A stretch of DNA of 64,000 nucleotides, from contig NC_086108.1 in NCBI RefSeq assembly GCF_963921235.1, positions 80,726,001 to 80,790,000 of the forward strand. The letters are read 5' to 3'. Made by a program: the position numbers and the translations under genes. Source of the DNA: Mobula hypostoma (taxonomy: Eukaryota). The number at the start of each line of letters is the position of its first letter. The stretch's first letter is position 1. Below the pieces are notes generated by a model. That model saw only the letters and a program-made list of their open reading frames with translations, had not been told where the DNA came from and ran no database searches. This document shows positions 39,413 through 51,800 of the stretch, piece after piece.

Positions 39413-40856
39413 GAAACACACACAAAAAATGTTGGAGGAACTCAGCAGGCCAGGCAGCATCTATGGAAAAAAAGTACAGTTGATGTTTTGGGGAGGGGGG
39501 AACCCTTTGGCAGGACTGGAGAAAATAACTGAGGAGTAGATTTAAAAGGTGGAGGGAGGGGAGAGAGAACTACCAGGTGATAGGTGAAACCTGGCGGGGC
39601 AGGGATGAAGTAAAGAGCTAGGAAGTTGATAGGTGAAAGAGACAGAAGGCCATGGAAGAAAGAAAAAGGGGGAAGGAGCACCAGAGGGAGGCAATGGGCA
39701 GACAAGGAGATGAGGTGAGAGAGGGAAAAGAGGATGGGAAATGGAGAAGGGGAGGGTGGAGTGGTGGGGGGCATTACCAGAAGTTTGACAAAGTGATGTT
39801 CATGTTATCAGGTTGGAGGCTACCGAAACGGAATACAAGGTGTTGTTCCTCCAGCCTAGGTATGCCCTCATCACGACAGTAGAGGAGGCCATGGATGGAC
39901 ATATCAGAATGGAAATGGGAGGTGAAATTAAAATGGGTGGTCACAAGGAGATCCCGCTTGTTCTGGCAGATGGAGCACAGATACTCAGCAAAGCAGTCTC
40001 CCAGTCAACATAGGGTTTCACCAGGTTACAAGAGGCCCCACCAGTAACACCGAACACAGTATATGACCCCAACAGACTCACAGGTGAAGTGTCAACTCAC
40101 CAGGAAGGACTGTTTGGGGCCCTGAATGGTAGTGAGGGAGGAGGTGTAGGGGCAGGTGAAGCACTTGTTCCGCTTGCAAGGGTAAATTCCAGGAGGAGAT
40201 CAGCGGGGAAGGATGAATGGACAAGGGAGTCACGTAGGGAGCGATCCCTGCCGAAAGCAGAAAGTGGGGGGAGAAGGGAAAGATGTGTTTGGTGGTGGGA
40301 TCCAGATGGAGGTAGTAAAAATTTCGGAGAATTATGTGCTGGACGCAGAGGCTGGTGGGGTGGTAGGTGAGAACAAGAGGAACCCTAACCCAGGTAGCGC
40401 AGCAGGAGTATGGGGTAAGAGCAGACGTGCGTTAAGTGTAAGAGATATGGTTGAGGACAGCGTTGATAGTGGAGGAAGGGAAGCTCCTTTCTTTGAAAAA
40501 TCAGGACAGCTCCTTCGTTCTGGAACGAAAAGCCTTTCTTCTCCTCCCTACCCCACCCCCCCCGCCTTTCTTCTTTCTTCCATGGCCTTCTGTTTTTTTC
40601 ACCAATCAACTTCCTAGCTCTTTGCTTCATCCCCCCCGCCTCCAAGTTTCACCTATCGCCTGGTGTTTCTCTCTCCCCCACCCTCACCTTTCAAATCTTC
40701 TCCTCAGCTTTTCTTCTCCAGTCCTGCTGAAGGGTTTTGGCCTGAAACGTCCACTGTACTCTTCTCCATAAATGCTGCCTAGTCTGCTGAGTTCCTCCAG
40801 CATTTTATGTGTGTTGCTTGGATTTCCAGCATCTGCAGATTTTCTCTTGTTTTCGG
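39413..40856 (-). mobile_element. PLE insertion with inverted termini: minus-strand post-RT/GIY-YIG/pLTR (39413-~40535) + plus-strand pLTR (~40536-40856)
   Basis: Both ends are outward-facing pLTR tails; interrupts the CR1 at ttttcc (39407-39412 / 40857-40862); HHR-derived motifs at 39477-39518 (-) and 40719-40756 (+). Confidence 0.88.
40719..40756 (+). ncRNA. Hammerhead motif with variant core CUGCUGA (A6C)
   Basis: CAGUC-CUGCUGA-A-GGG(UUUUGG)CCU-GAA-ACGU-C/CACUG; first stem I pair mismatched. Confidence 0.6.
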
Positions 40857-41169
40857 TTTTCCCAGAGAGTGGTGAATCTGTGCAATTCTCTGCCTAGTGA
40901 AGCAGTGGAGGCTACCTTAGTAAATATATTTAAGAAAAGGTTGGATAGATTTTTGCATTGTAGGGGAATTAAGGGTAATAGGGAAGGTGGAATGGAGTCC
41001 ATGGCTAGATCCGCCATGATCCTATTGAATAGCAGATCAGGCTCGACAGGCCAGGTGGCCTACTCCTGCTCTTATTTATCATGTTATTTATCATTCCTTA
41101 TTTTAAAAACATTTAGAACTATGTCTGAAGGTGAAGAACATAGTCTAGGTCTTAAATGGATATTTGTCA

Positions 41170-42440
41170 TCTGTAGTCAGAATGAGGAAGCAATTGTGGA
41201 GAATTCACGGAGGAGGATGTTGGAATTCTAGAGCAAGTTACCATTGAAAAGGAGGAGTTATATCTTAGCAGGCTTAAAGGTGCATAAATCCCCAGGTTGA
41301 AGGCCAGATGAGATACATCCCAAGTAGAAGTGGGAGGGAAGGAAGGAGATTGCTAGAGCCCTGACTGAAATCTTCTCTAGCCACAAATGAGGTGACAGAT
41401 GACTGGAAGACAGCAAATTTTTAACCTTATTCAATATGGGAAGTAATAGTAAAGCAGATAATGATAAGCCAGGGAGTATAATAGCAGTTGTAGGGAACTT
41501 AGCAAAGTAAAATGTGTCATTGTAAAGGGGGATCCCGTCTGAATAACTTGATTGAATTTTTTAAGCAGGTGACTGAGCATACCAAAGAGGGTGGTGCAAT
41601 TGACATGGTCTATGTACACTTCAGCCAGGCTGGTTCAGGGTAACTTGCCAAATTGGATCTGAAATTGGCTTGATAATAGAAGCCAATGGTTGAAAGTTAT
41701 TTCCTGATTGGTTGAAAGCATACGGGCAGTTTTATACTGCTCAGCATCTAGCTATACTAATATTCTGGGTGTGAGTGTGGGGGGGATGACTAACAAGCTT
41801 GCAGATGATATACAGATTGGTGGTTATATTGATAGTGAGAAGGACTGTCTTCAGCTATGGAGGAATATTACTCAAACTATTACCGGACTTCCTCAGTGGT
41901 CTAAGAAAATTTGGCATGTCCCAATGATCCTTACCCATTTTTACAGATGCGCCAAAAGAAACCATTCTATCCAGATGCACCACACCTGGTATGGCAACTG
42001 CTCCACCAAAGACCACAAGAAGTTTCAGAGAGTTGTAAACATGGCCCAGATCATCGCACAAATAGCCTTCCCTCACATGATTCCGCCTACACTTCCTGCT
42101 GACTCATGAAAACAGCCAACATAATCAAGGACCTTCTCCTACCACCCAACTTAATCCACCCTCTCCCATTGCGTGGAATGGACAGAAGCTGGAAAGCATG
42201 TACCAAGCTTCGATCCTGCTGCCATCAAATTCCTGAACAGGCCTCTCTTACACAAAGGGTGAATTTGTCACTTTGTTGCAGGCCTTGCACTTTTATTTCT
42301 TTACTTGCACTGCATTTTCTCTGTGGCTGCAACACAGCATTCTGTTTTCTTTTCACTAACTAAATGTACTTATAACCTGTCTGGGTAGCCCACAAACAAG
42401 CTTTTTTCACTGTATCTTAGTACACTTGACAAAAACAAAT
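41170..42440 (+). mobile_element. Degraded CR1 RT (41170-41870) followed by a Rex/Babar-like 3' fragment (41870-42440)
   Basis: KLADDIQIGG, then TWYGNCS..DHKKFQRVV and a 3' UTR like those at 48600-48850 and 60350-60600. Confidence 0.7.
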
Positions 42441-42442
42441 AA

Positions 42443-44075
42443 ACCATAGGACACTACAGCACAGAAAACAGGCCATTCGGCCCTTCTAGTCTGTGCCAAA
42501 ACTTTATTCCACTAGTCCCATTGACCTGCATCCAGTCCATAACCCTCCAGACCTCTCCCATCCATGTACCTATCCAATTTATTCTTAAAACTTAAAGAGT
42601 GAGCCCGCATTTACCACGTCAGATGGCAGCTCGTTCCACACTCCCACCACTCTCTGAAGTGAAGAAGTTCCCCCTAGACCTTTCCCCTTTCATCCAAAAA
42701 CCATGTTCTCTTGTATTTATCTCTCCTAATCTAAGTGGAAAGAGCCTATTCACATTTACTCTATCTATACCCCTCATAATTTTGTAAACCTCTATCAAAT
42801 CTCCCCTCATTCTTCTACGCTCCAAGGAATAAAGTCCTAACCTGTTCAATCTTTCCCTATAACTCAACTCCTGAAGACCCGGCAACATCCTAGTAAATCT
42901 TCTCTGCACTCTTTCAATCTTATTGGTGTCTTTCCTAAAGTTAGGTGACCAGAACTACACACAGTACTCCAAATTTGGCCTCAATGTCTTATACAACTTC
43001 ACCATAACATCCCAACTCCTATACTCAGTACTTTGATTTATGAATGCCAGGATGACAAAAGCCTTCTTTACAACTCTGTCTACCTGTGACGCCACTTTCA
43101 GGGAATTATGTATCTGAACTCCCAGATCTCTTTGTTCCTCCGCACTCCTCAGTGCCCTACCATTTACTGTGTATGTCCTACCTTGATTTGTCCTTCCAAA
43201 ATGCAACACCTCACACTTGTCTGCATTAAATTCCATCTGCCATTTTCTGGCCCATTTTTCCAGTTGGTCCAGATACCTCTGCAAGCATTGAAAGCCTTCC
43301 TCGCTGTCCACAACGCCTCCAATCTTAGTGTCATCAGCAAACTTGCTGATCCAATTTACCACATTATTATCTAGATCATTGATATAGACAACAAACAACA
43401 ATGGCCCCAGCACAGATCCTTGAAGCACACCACTAGTCACAGGCCTCCAGTCTGATGAGCAATCATCCACTACCACTCTCTGCCTTCTCCCACACAGCCA
43501 ATTTCAAATCCAGTTTACATCCTCTCCATGGATACCTAGTGTCTGAACCTTCTGAACTAACCTCCCATGTGGGACCTTGTCAAAGGCCTTACTAAAGTCC
43601 ATGTAGACAACATCTACAGCCTTTCCTTCATCTACTTTCTTGGTAACCTCCTCGAAAAACTCTACAAAATTCGTTAAACACAATCAACCACACACAAAGC
43701 CATGCTGACTATCCTTAATCAGCCCTTGGCTGTCCAAATACTTGTATATCCGATCTCTCAGAACACCTTCCAATAATTTACCTACTACTGATGTCAGGCT
43801 CACCAGCCTGTAATTACCTGGTTTATTTTTGGAGCCTTTTTTAAACAACGGAACAACATGAACTACCCTCCAATCCTCCGGCACCATACCTGCAGCTAAG
43901 GACATTTTAAGTATTTCTGCCAGGGCCCCTGCAATTTCTACACTAGTTTCTCTCAAGGTCCAAGGAAATATCATGTCAGGCCCGGGGGATTTATCTACCT
44001 GTATTCGCTGTAAGGCAGCAAGCACCTCCTCCTCTTTAATCTCTATATGTTCCATGACACTGCTGCTTATTTCCC
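42443..44075 (-). mobile_element. Relatively young 5'-truncated CR1 LINE (RT to 3' tail)
   Basis: KSPGPD, QHGF, GVLQGSVLGPLLF, KFADDTKIGG, QRRFTRMLPG with few disruptions. Confidence 0.95.
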
Positions 44076-44490
44076 ATTACAAACCAATACAAAGGTGGGC
44101 AGAGAAAAGGCAGATGGAATTCAATCCTGCAAAATGTGGGGCAGTGTACTTTGATCAAACTAATAAAACCACAATGAATAAGGATATTACCAGGACTGAA
44201 GGCTTGAAGTGCCTAAACCTGGAAGTCAAATTCAAAGTGAAAGGGGCAAGATTTAAAAGGGACCTGAGGGGCAACATACAAAGCATAGCATTTATAATGG
44301 AACAAACTGCAAGTGAAAGCTGTAGAGACAGGTATGATTACAATGCTTAAAGGACATTCGAACGGGTACATGGATAGAAAATGTTTAGAGGGATGGGGGC
44401 CAAAAGCAGGTAAATTGAACTAGCTAGTATAAACATCTTGGCTGATTTATGCCAAAGGACCTGTTTCTGTGCTCTATAATTCTATGAATT
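44076..44490 (+). mobile_element. Degraded CR1 3' fragment
   Basis: WAEKRQMEFNPAKC, FKVKGARFKRDLRGN and CR1-type tail. Confidence 0.7.
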
Positions 44491-44656
44491 TATGACCTGG
44501 GGATTCAGGGTTGTAAGTCACTGAGGTAAAGAACATTTTGGGGAACGTGGTTAGGATAGATAGGATAAACAGAAAATTTTCCCACTAACAGAGTCTATAA
44601 GAAAAGGGCATGTTCATAAAAGGCGTAAGAGATTTAGAAAGAATTTAAGAATTTGT

Positions 44657-45499
44657 CCACACACTCTGTCCACAACAAGGAGGATGAGCTTAGAAGGATT
44701 AATGGCACATAATGGCAACTCCTTTGCTTCTATTTTTGGAAACAGCTCTATTTCCATCTTTAATATCTCTATTTTTTCCCTTTCAGGGTTCTTTTGAAGA
44801 TCCTGACCTGGAGTTACATGCTGACTACAGTTCTTTACAGGAATAGGACCCGCTCTTGGGATTTCACAACTGGCCATTATTTGGCACGCCAAGGGCTCAG
44901 CCTAAGAGCTCAGCTTGCCTTCGGAGGGCCAAGATCACGTGGCTCTGGAGATGGGCGGATCAAAGGTCGGTGTCTGGGCAGGAGATTGGTGTGTCGTGGG
45001 AGATGAAAGATCTAAGGCTGTGTGCCCAGAGTCCCAAGATCTTTGGGCACAGAGCTCGGAAAAAGCGACGCAACGGACTTTTAACATCGTAACCAGCCAG
45101 TTGTTTGTTATGTCTCCCCTCTCGCTGTGAAATGGAGACATACCTTTCTCCTTTATTAGGGGGAGAGAGAGAGAGAGAGAGAGAGAGAGCCTGTGGTATG
45201 GTGAATATCGGGTGAACAAGTAGTCTTTGGAGTACTGCGAGTCTGTGTCTTTGCTATTGCTTGAGTGCTTGATGGTGGGTGCCGATGCTTTTCTTTGCTG
45301 GTGGGGGGAGGGGGATCGTTGCTTGCTGCCGCTTATGCATGGGAGGGGAGGTAGGGGGAACCTTGGGGTTCTAACATTTAAATGCCGTTCATTCTTTGGG
45401 GGCACTCCTCTGTTTTCGTGGATGGTTGCGAAGAAAACGCATTTCAGGATGCATATTGTATACATTTCTCTGACATTAAATGTATCTTTGAAACCTTTG
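44657..45499 (+). mobile_element. Non-autonomous retroelement-like insertion with internal (GA)n, inside an old CR1 3' end
   Basis: TSD atttgt at 44651-44656 and 45500-45505; 3' end attaaa...ctttgaaacctttg (short repeat tail); CpG-retaining body; no RT motifs. Confidence 0.6.
45163..45189. repeat. (GA)n microsatellite
   Basis: Uninterrupted GA run. Confidence 0.95.
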
Positions 45500-45650
45500 A
45501 TTTGTTTACCCCGAGGCTGGCTTGAAACCTGCAGTGCTCTAGAAATGGTGGAAGCAGGTACATAATATTTAAAAGGTATAATATGAGCACCTGAAACACC
45601 ATGGACAGAAGTCCATGGGTTAAGAGATGAGAAATAGGATTAGTATAGAT

Positions 45651-45729
45651 CAGGGATTCCCATCCTGGGGTGTATGGACCCCTTGCTTAATAGTAATGGT
45701 CTATGGCTTAAAAAGGTTGGGAATCCCTG
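45651..45729. mobile_element. 79-bp hAT (Charlie-like) MITE
   Basis: Perfect 12-bp TIRs CAGGGATTCCCA / TGGGAATCCCTG; perfect 8-bp TSD gtatagat at 45643-45650 and 45730-45737. Confidence 0.93.
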
Positions 45730-46939
45730 GTATAGATGATGGCTAATGGCCAGCAAGGACATAATGGGTTGATGGGCCTGTTCCATGCTGTATGACTCAA
45801 AAAACCATACCTGACCTTTCAGGTAACCATAGTGGACAGTCCACATGTCTGACCAGAATGGCAAAACAAGCACTCTACTGTGATCTCCATCATAGCAAGT
45901 ATCCTAGAGTTGCACAGCACAGAAATAACACCGTCAGTCCACTAAGCCAATTAATATTGTTCCCCTTCACCTGCAATGGTCCTCATCCTCCGATGCCTTA
46001 GCGATTTCTATGCCAAGGAAAGGTTTCTTTGATTCCTCAAAACCTCGTTGAAAAAAAAATGGGTAATTTATGGGAACTACTGGCACAACCTCAAATTGCC
46101 AAGTAAAGGCTGGAATGGAACTGACTGCTTTGAGTTCCTCCAATGCTCCAATGGGTGCACATAGATTTTATGTAAACAGAGTTCGATCTGTCCCTTCTTT
46201 GCCACTATCTGTCTATCTGACATAGCTTTCATTAATCACCCCAGATCCCAAAAGATCTACAATGAAAGGAAATGCCTATGACCACTAAAAATGCCCAAGT
46301 GAATGCCTAAGATTGCTAAAACAGATCATTTGTTAGTCCGGTGTATATAAACTGGTTGCTGCTTCTTCTATATTAGGTTAAACTTCAAAAGTATTTCATC
46401 GGCCATAAATGCTTCAGGATGATTGAAAGTGGAATGTAAAATGCAACTCTCCCTTATTTTTCCCCAAGACTGCATCTGACATTTACGCACTGATCAAGTC
46501 TCAGTCTTCTGCTATTCTTGTCACCTGAATTCTTCGGTGGTTTTCATTTCAATTTTCTGTCCTACAGACCCTCAAGATGTAGACGGTCACCCAACGTGGA
46601 CGGACACTCTGGCACTTACTAGGCACTTTAGAAGAAGGTTGGCTGCAGGACCCGGGTTGCTTGGAAATTCCCAGTGCCACAGTTTTCTTAAAAAAAACAG
46701 AATGGGTACTCTGCATTTGTCTCTTCAGTTAAAGATTCGATTCAGAAAAAATATGCTCTTATCGAGTAAATTGCAGAGCCCCGGATATCGAAGCATTTCA
46801 CAGCTAATGAAATACTTCGTAAATCATAATGCCGTAACCTCTAATGAAATAGAGTGTATGACGAAGATAAAACATCGCAAGATGCTTGACGTTTGTGTGT
46901 GTGTATTAAAGCACTTTTATTGTTAATTCTTAATTTATG

Positions 46940-47600
46940 TTGGTGGCTCCGGGAAGTCTGTCTTAAATTGTGTTAAACTATTCAAATGGCCGCTGGTTTA
47001 TTCTTCCTGAAGCGGAACTTTCATAACAAAAATCCCAGTAATTATTTGCAAATGTTGGTGCGACGCCGGCTTTCGGTATGTGTATGTGTGAAAGAGGCCT
47101 ACAATCCTTTTTCCAATCCCCGGTGTTTCCTGCTTCCCGCAGGCGCTCTCACCTGAACTCGGGCGCGTTAATCATTTTCCTCATGTCGGCGGCGAAGGAG
47201 GCGAGGTTTCCCCATAAGCAAGTGGGCTGAACCTGTCCGGACATGTTTTCGCGGCGGCGGCTGGAACCGCGGTCTCGGGGCAGGCTGCACTTGGCTGGCG
47301 GGCAGAGGGGAAATGAGATAACAGGGAAAGAAGGTTAAAGGAGAAAGAAAACAAGAAAAGGAAATAGAAGAAGAACAGATGCAGAGAGGGAGAAAATCAG
47401 AGAAAAGAAACTAAGTTGGAATGTGACTGGCGAGAAAGCAACAAGTGAAACTTTTCTGTAAAGAATACAACTCTCAATTTAAATCAGTAGCAATCATTAT
47501 GTCAAAGGGAGACTGCTGATTTAGGCGCAAACTTTTGAATAAAACCCTGTTTGCACAAATGCAAGCTTTATTTATGACGAGCGAGGCGGTTTTTCCCAGA
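46940..47600 (-). promoter_or_regulatory. CpG-rich promoter / first-exon region of btbd19
   Basis: Local excess of CpG and GC (gcggcggcgg, cgacgccggc) around exon 1 in a CpG-poor window; ETS-like cores (ccgggaagt, gcggaact); strongly purine-rich plus-strand tract 47305-47420 upstream of the ATG. Confidence 0.6.
47153..47244 (-). CDS. btbd19: BTB/POZ domain-containing protein 19, coding exon 1 (MSGQVQPTCLWGNLASFAADMRKMINAPEF+AG)
   Basis: ATG at 47244; 92 nt = 30 codons + 2 nt; donor AG|GTGAGA at 47152. Resembles the BTBD19 N-terminus as recalled (G...F.A.LR.L.N.P.YSDV). Phase 2 joins exon 2 to give S-D-V-K-F. CpG-rich context. Confidence 0.9.
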
Positions 47601-47924
47601 ACCACTATTTGGGAGTCCACCTTGACATTATACAATCGGATTCGTATTAGTTTATTATCACATATACTAGAGTGCAATGGAATTCTTTGCTGCTGCTGTA
47701 AAACTCACAGAGTTAACAATATACACGGCAAAAATAAACATAACAATAAATAGAGTGGCAAACAAAACAGCTGAATGGTGTAAAGTGTAGTAACTAATAC
47801 AAACATAATTAATGTAAAAATAAATGATAAAGTGACAATAACGGAAGAGGTAGAATTAAGGGTTGGGGAACGTAGCAGCATCAGTGGAAGATGAAGTGAA
47901 AGAGGTGATTCATTCATGTCAAAG

Positions 47925-48850
47925 TTTAATGGCTCTCAGTCCACTACTCTACTTGCCATACACTCATGTCGGTGTGGCCAGATTATGCTCTATGTCCACC
48001 GACAAGTTTGCAGGTGACACCGCCGAAGTGGGCTTTATCTCATATGATGATGAGTTGGAATACAGGAAGGAGATAGACAGCTTAGCAACGTGTTGTCATG
48101 ACAACAACCTTTCCCTCGGTGTCAGAAAAACAAACAAGCTTGTCATTGATTTCAGAATGGGAGGTGGCGTTCGTGCTCCTGTCTGCGTCAACTGTGCTGA
48201 GGACAAGAGGGTGGAGAGTTTCGAGTTCCTAGGAGTGAATTAGCCCGTCTTGTTCAACCACATTGATGCCACGGGCAAGAAAATGCACCAGAACTTGTAC
48301 CTCCTCAAGAGGTGAATGAAAAGTTGGCATGTCGGATTTGACCTTCACCGAATTTTATCTACGCACCATAGGAAGCATCCTCTCTGGATGATTCATGCTT
48401 TGACATAGCAACTGCTCGTGACTGCAAAAGCTGTTCAAAATTGTCAGCACAGCTCAGTACCTCATGGAAAACAGCCTCCCCTCCCTCCTTCCACCTCTTG
48501 CTACCTTGGTAAAGCAGCCAGCATAATGAAAGATTCCACCCACCCCAAACATGCTGTCTTCCCATTGGGCAGGATACAACACCTTGGATGCACGTATCAC
48601 CAGATTCAAGCACAGCTTCTATCCCACCATTATAGACTACTGAATGGTTCCTTAATACAATAAGATGACCTCTTGAACATTTATGACCTTGCACCTATTG
48701 TCTACCTGCACCGTACTTTCCGCATTCTGTCATTGTTTTACCTGATATGACATCAATGCACTGTGTAATAAATTCATCTATGCGAACAGTATGCAAAATA
48801 AATTTTTCACTGTACTTCAGTACATGTTACAATAACAAACCAACTCTAAT
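47925..48850 (+). mobile_element. Rex/Babar-like LINE 3' part, degraded
   Basis: LSPLLY.PYTH, KFAGDT, DDELEYRKEI, ESFEFLGV; 3' UTR ending acaataacaaaccaact. Confidence 0.85.
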
Positions 48851-51800
48851 TTCATAAAAGGCTGCCCTTGAGAGTGGACATGCAGCTTCTGTGTCTTCGT
48901 CTAGAAAAGAGTGGCCTGGGTGCTACTCGGGGAGTGATTTTATTGTGCTCATCCTTTCCATTGGCAAAATTAAGTCTGATTTCACCACTGGGGGATCAAC
49001 TGGCTGTGAATTAATTTATTTTGATATGTATCACATTGTACAGCACCATCACACCTTCTCCGGAAGGTTTGCTCACACAGCAAATGTCTGTGCCCTGTTG
49101 CCCATGGAGAGGGAACATGTGATGATGATACAAATAGAGCCTGCTGCAAATGATGGGTATGTCAATGCAGATAATATTATCGTTTAGCATTGCGTATTTT
49201 AGAAAATTAAATATTACCTTTATTGTGTTACCAGTTTTCAGTGCTATAACAGGAAAATTGTTCTTTAGAAAGTAAAAAAATAGATTTAAAGATCCTGTTT
49301 TGAATTATAATTTTCTGACTGATGTTCAAAACGCGCAAACTCGCAAACTCTATCACCCATAATAGTCCATTAAAATTAGATGCCTATTAATGCTCAGTAT
49401 CTATTGCCTTTGTGAATGGTCTAATTAAAATAACACAACCAAATTAACATGATTTCAGGTCTCTCTGTTCAACAAAATGCAATGGCAGAAGCACAGTACA
49501 ATTTCTCAGTACGATACACTTGCCTACAGCACATTCAGATTCCAGTTGGCCATAATTACTGAGTGCTAATGGCTAGTTTCTGAAAATTAAACATTATGTG
49601 GAAAACAAAATAATGTGAATGCTGTAAATCTGAAGTAAAACACAGAAGATCCTGGAAAGATTCAGCAAGCCAGGCAGTGTCTATGGGTAAAGAATGAGAA
49701 TAATGACTTTTCAGCAGATTGCAGATAAAGCAAGTTGTACGATGCAGAAAAGGGCTGGGGGAGGAAAGAACAAAATAAAACTTATCAGTGGGTTCAAGAC
49801 AGGAGATGTTAAATGACAAAAGGAACAATGGTAAAAAGCTAAAGAAGATTATAGGACAAATAAGGAATCCAAAGATGGGAGTGGATGAAATGCACTTGGG
49901 TATAGCAGTATTAATATCTTGACGATAATGTGTCATGTGTATCATGCCGTGACCAGGCACTGTCATAAGTGAATAATCTACCAACACTCCTCACTAGGAC
50001 AATGTCTGAACAATCACTTAGGTGTGTTTTGTATTCTACACAGTCCTGCGTGAAATGTTCTGGCTCTAATGAACCAATGAGGCAGAGGCTTGTGAATTCT
50101 GCAGAAGAAGGCATTAAATATATTTACATTTTAATCTTCTCATAGCTTGTAGTTTCATCATTAATGAAGATCTGGGAAAAATTGACTACAAATATATGGA
50201 AATAATGTCAGCTTAGGAATTAAGTGTTTCGAGACTTCCCTAAAGCAGCCAAGGACAGACAACTAGTAGTGATTTGAAGGACTGAAAGAAAAAGATGGGC
50301 CTTCAGTCAAATATGTTAGAAACATTGTGATAAAATTTATATTCAATTGGACTTGGACTTTGACAAAAGTTAATATTGTTCAGAAAGATTGCCACAGAGT
50401 TGTAGCTATCACCTTGGAGACCTGTGCTGATGGCAAGTTGCCCAGAGCAGCACCAATAGATCAAGACTCCTTGCCTTCATGTGGTGTACTGGTGCAATAA
50501 GCTTACAATCAATGGCCAATCGTTTGTCAGGTGGTGAAGGCACTTGGAGAATCATTATGACTTTTTTTTACAGTTTGCAGCATGAAGAGACCTGATAATA
50601 TCCCCATGGAAGTGTAAAACATTGTTAAAAGCCAGAGGTTTCAGCAGCACTGCCTCCAGTGTGGTCATTGCAGTAAGGACGCTTTCAAAGAAATCGTAAT
50701 TCTGTTTTAACTTGGATTGCAGAAAGTAATCAGAGATCTTACATTTTCTGTGTAGGGTAAGAACTTTATTTTTGTGGTATTTTTTCCCATATAGTTTTAG
50801 TTTTTGCATCTTAGTTGAATATTGTATTGCATGTAAGTCATACTTATTAAAGTTTTCATTCATTACAAGTTTCTCTTAATGAAGGAAGGATGAAATGATA
50901 GATATCTAACCTTACAATAATCTGTTGAAAAAATATTATTTAGGAAACAATTCAAGAAAGGTGGAATGCTTCAATGGAATGGTTTTATTGTGGTTTTAAA
51001 TAGTTGTGAAACCATGAAATACATATTCATATGTTCTGTAAACTTTCACATCTGCATTACAATGACAATGCTGTGTATTTAACTTCCAAAACAATGAGCT
51101 GTACAATGCTCTATGTTACTCTTCATATTTCAACAAATGACAAATTCGAAATCTCAGTAGCATTGTCAGCAGATCAAGATGAGTCTTGGTATTTTGACAC
51201 ACAGAGGATTGGAAAATATTGGATCAAGTCAATTGTAGTGGTGACGACTTCCACTGCTACCAGTTTAGTTCAAATCTAACCTGCAGCAGAACCTGGAAGA
51301 GTAGCAAATCTGGCTAGTAGAGGGAATAAGATTGCAAGGTTTTGGCTCAGTTAGAAGCCACTGAAGACAGATGTTTATACATTCTTGTCCCTGTCTGGCA
51401 CTTGATCACATAATTTAGGTTAAACACAAGAGATTCTGCAGAAGCTGGAAATCCAGGGCAACACACGAAGTGCTGGAGAAATACAAGTCAGACAATGTCT
51501 ATGGAATAAACAGTTGACACATCATCATTAGTAATTTAGGTTAATGTCTTAGTAGAGGGATAAAGAGTGTGTTTTATATGGAACATTCGGGTAGATGCTA
51601 TAGATTGCTTGGCAACGTTTAAAGAAATCAAATCTCTAGTCTAATATTGCTCTTTCAACAAAAATAGTCAAACGTATTTTTTGATTATGCATTATTTTGT
51701 GTACAAATTGACAGCCATATTTGCCCATTTGACCATCAGGTCATAAACAAAGTGGTTCAGTCAGGTTTCTGACTGAACTGGTTTACATCTTGGGACAGAT

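Larger units (their letters stand above)
36915..41090 (+). mobile_element. 5'-truncated CR1 LINE hosting two nested insertions (37263-38411 and 39413-40856)
   Basis: RT segments 36920-37262 and 38412-39412 (YLDFRKAFNKV, PQGSVLG, KFADDTK) and 3' end 40857-41090 rejoin when the inserts are removed. Confidence 0.95.

Noticed and set aside
44935..45465. 176-aa minus-strand ORF
   Set aside because: Lies within a repeat, spans a microsatellite (LSLSLS) and has no recognisable domain.
50574..50672. Plus-strand exon-like segment (ttttttttacag ... gtaagg)
   Set aside because: Stops in all three frames; could be a non-coding exon of a divergent transcript but cannot be supported without RNA data.
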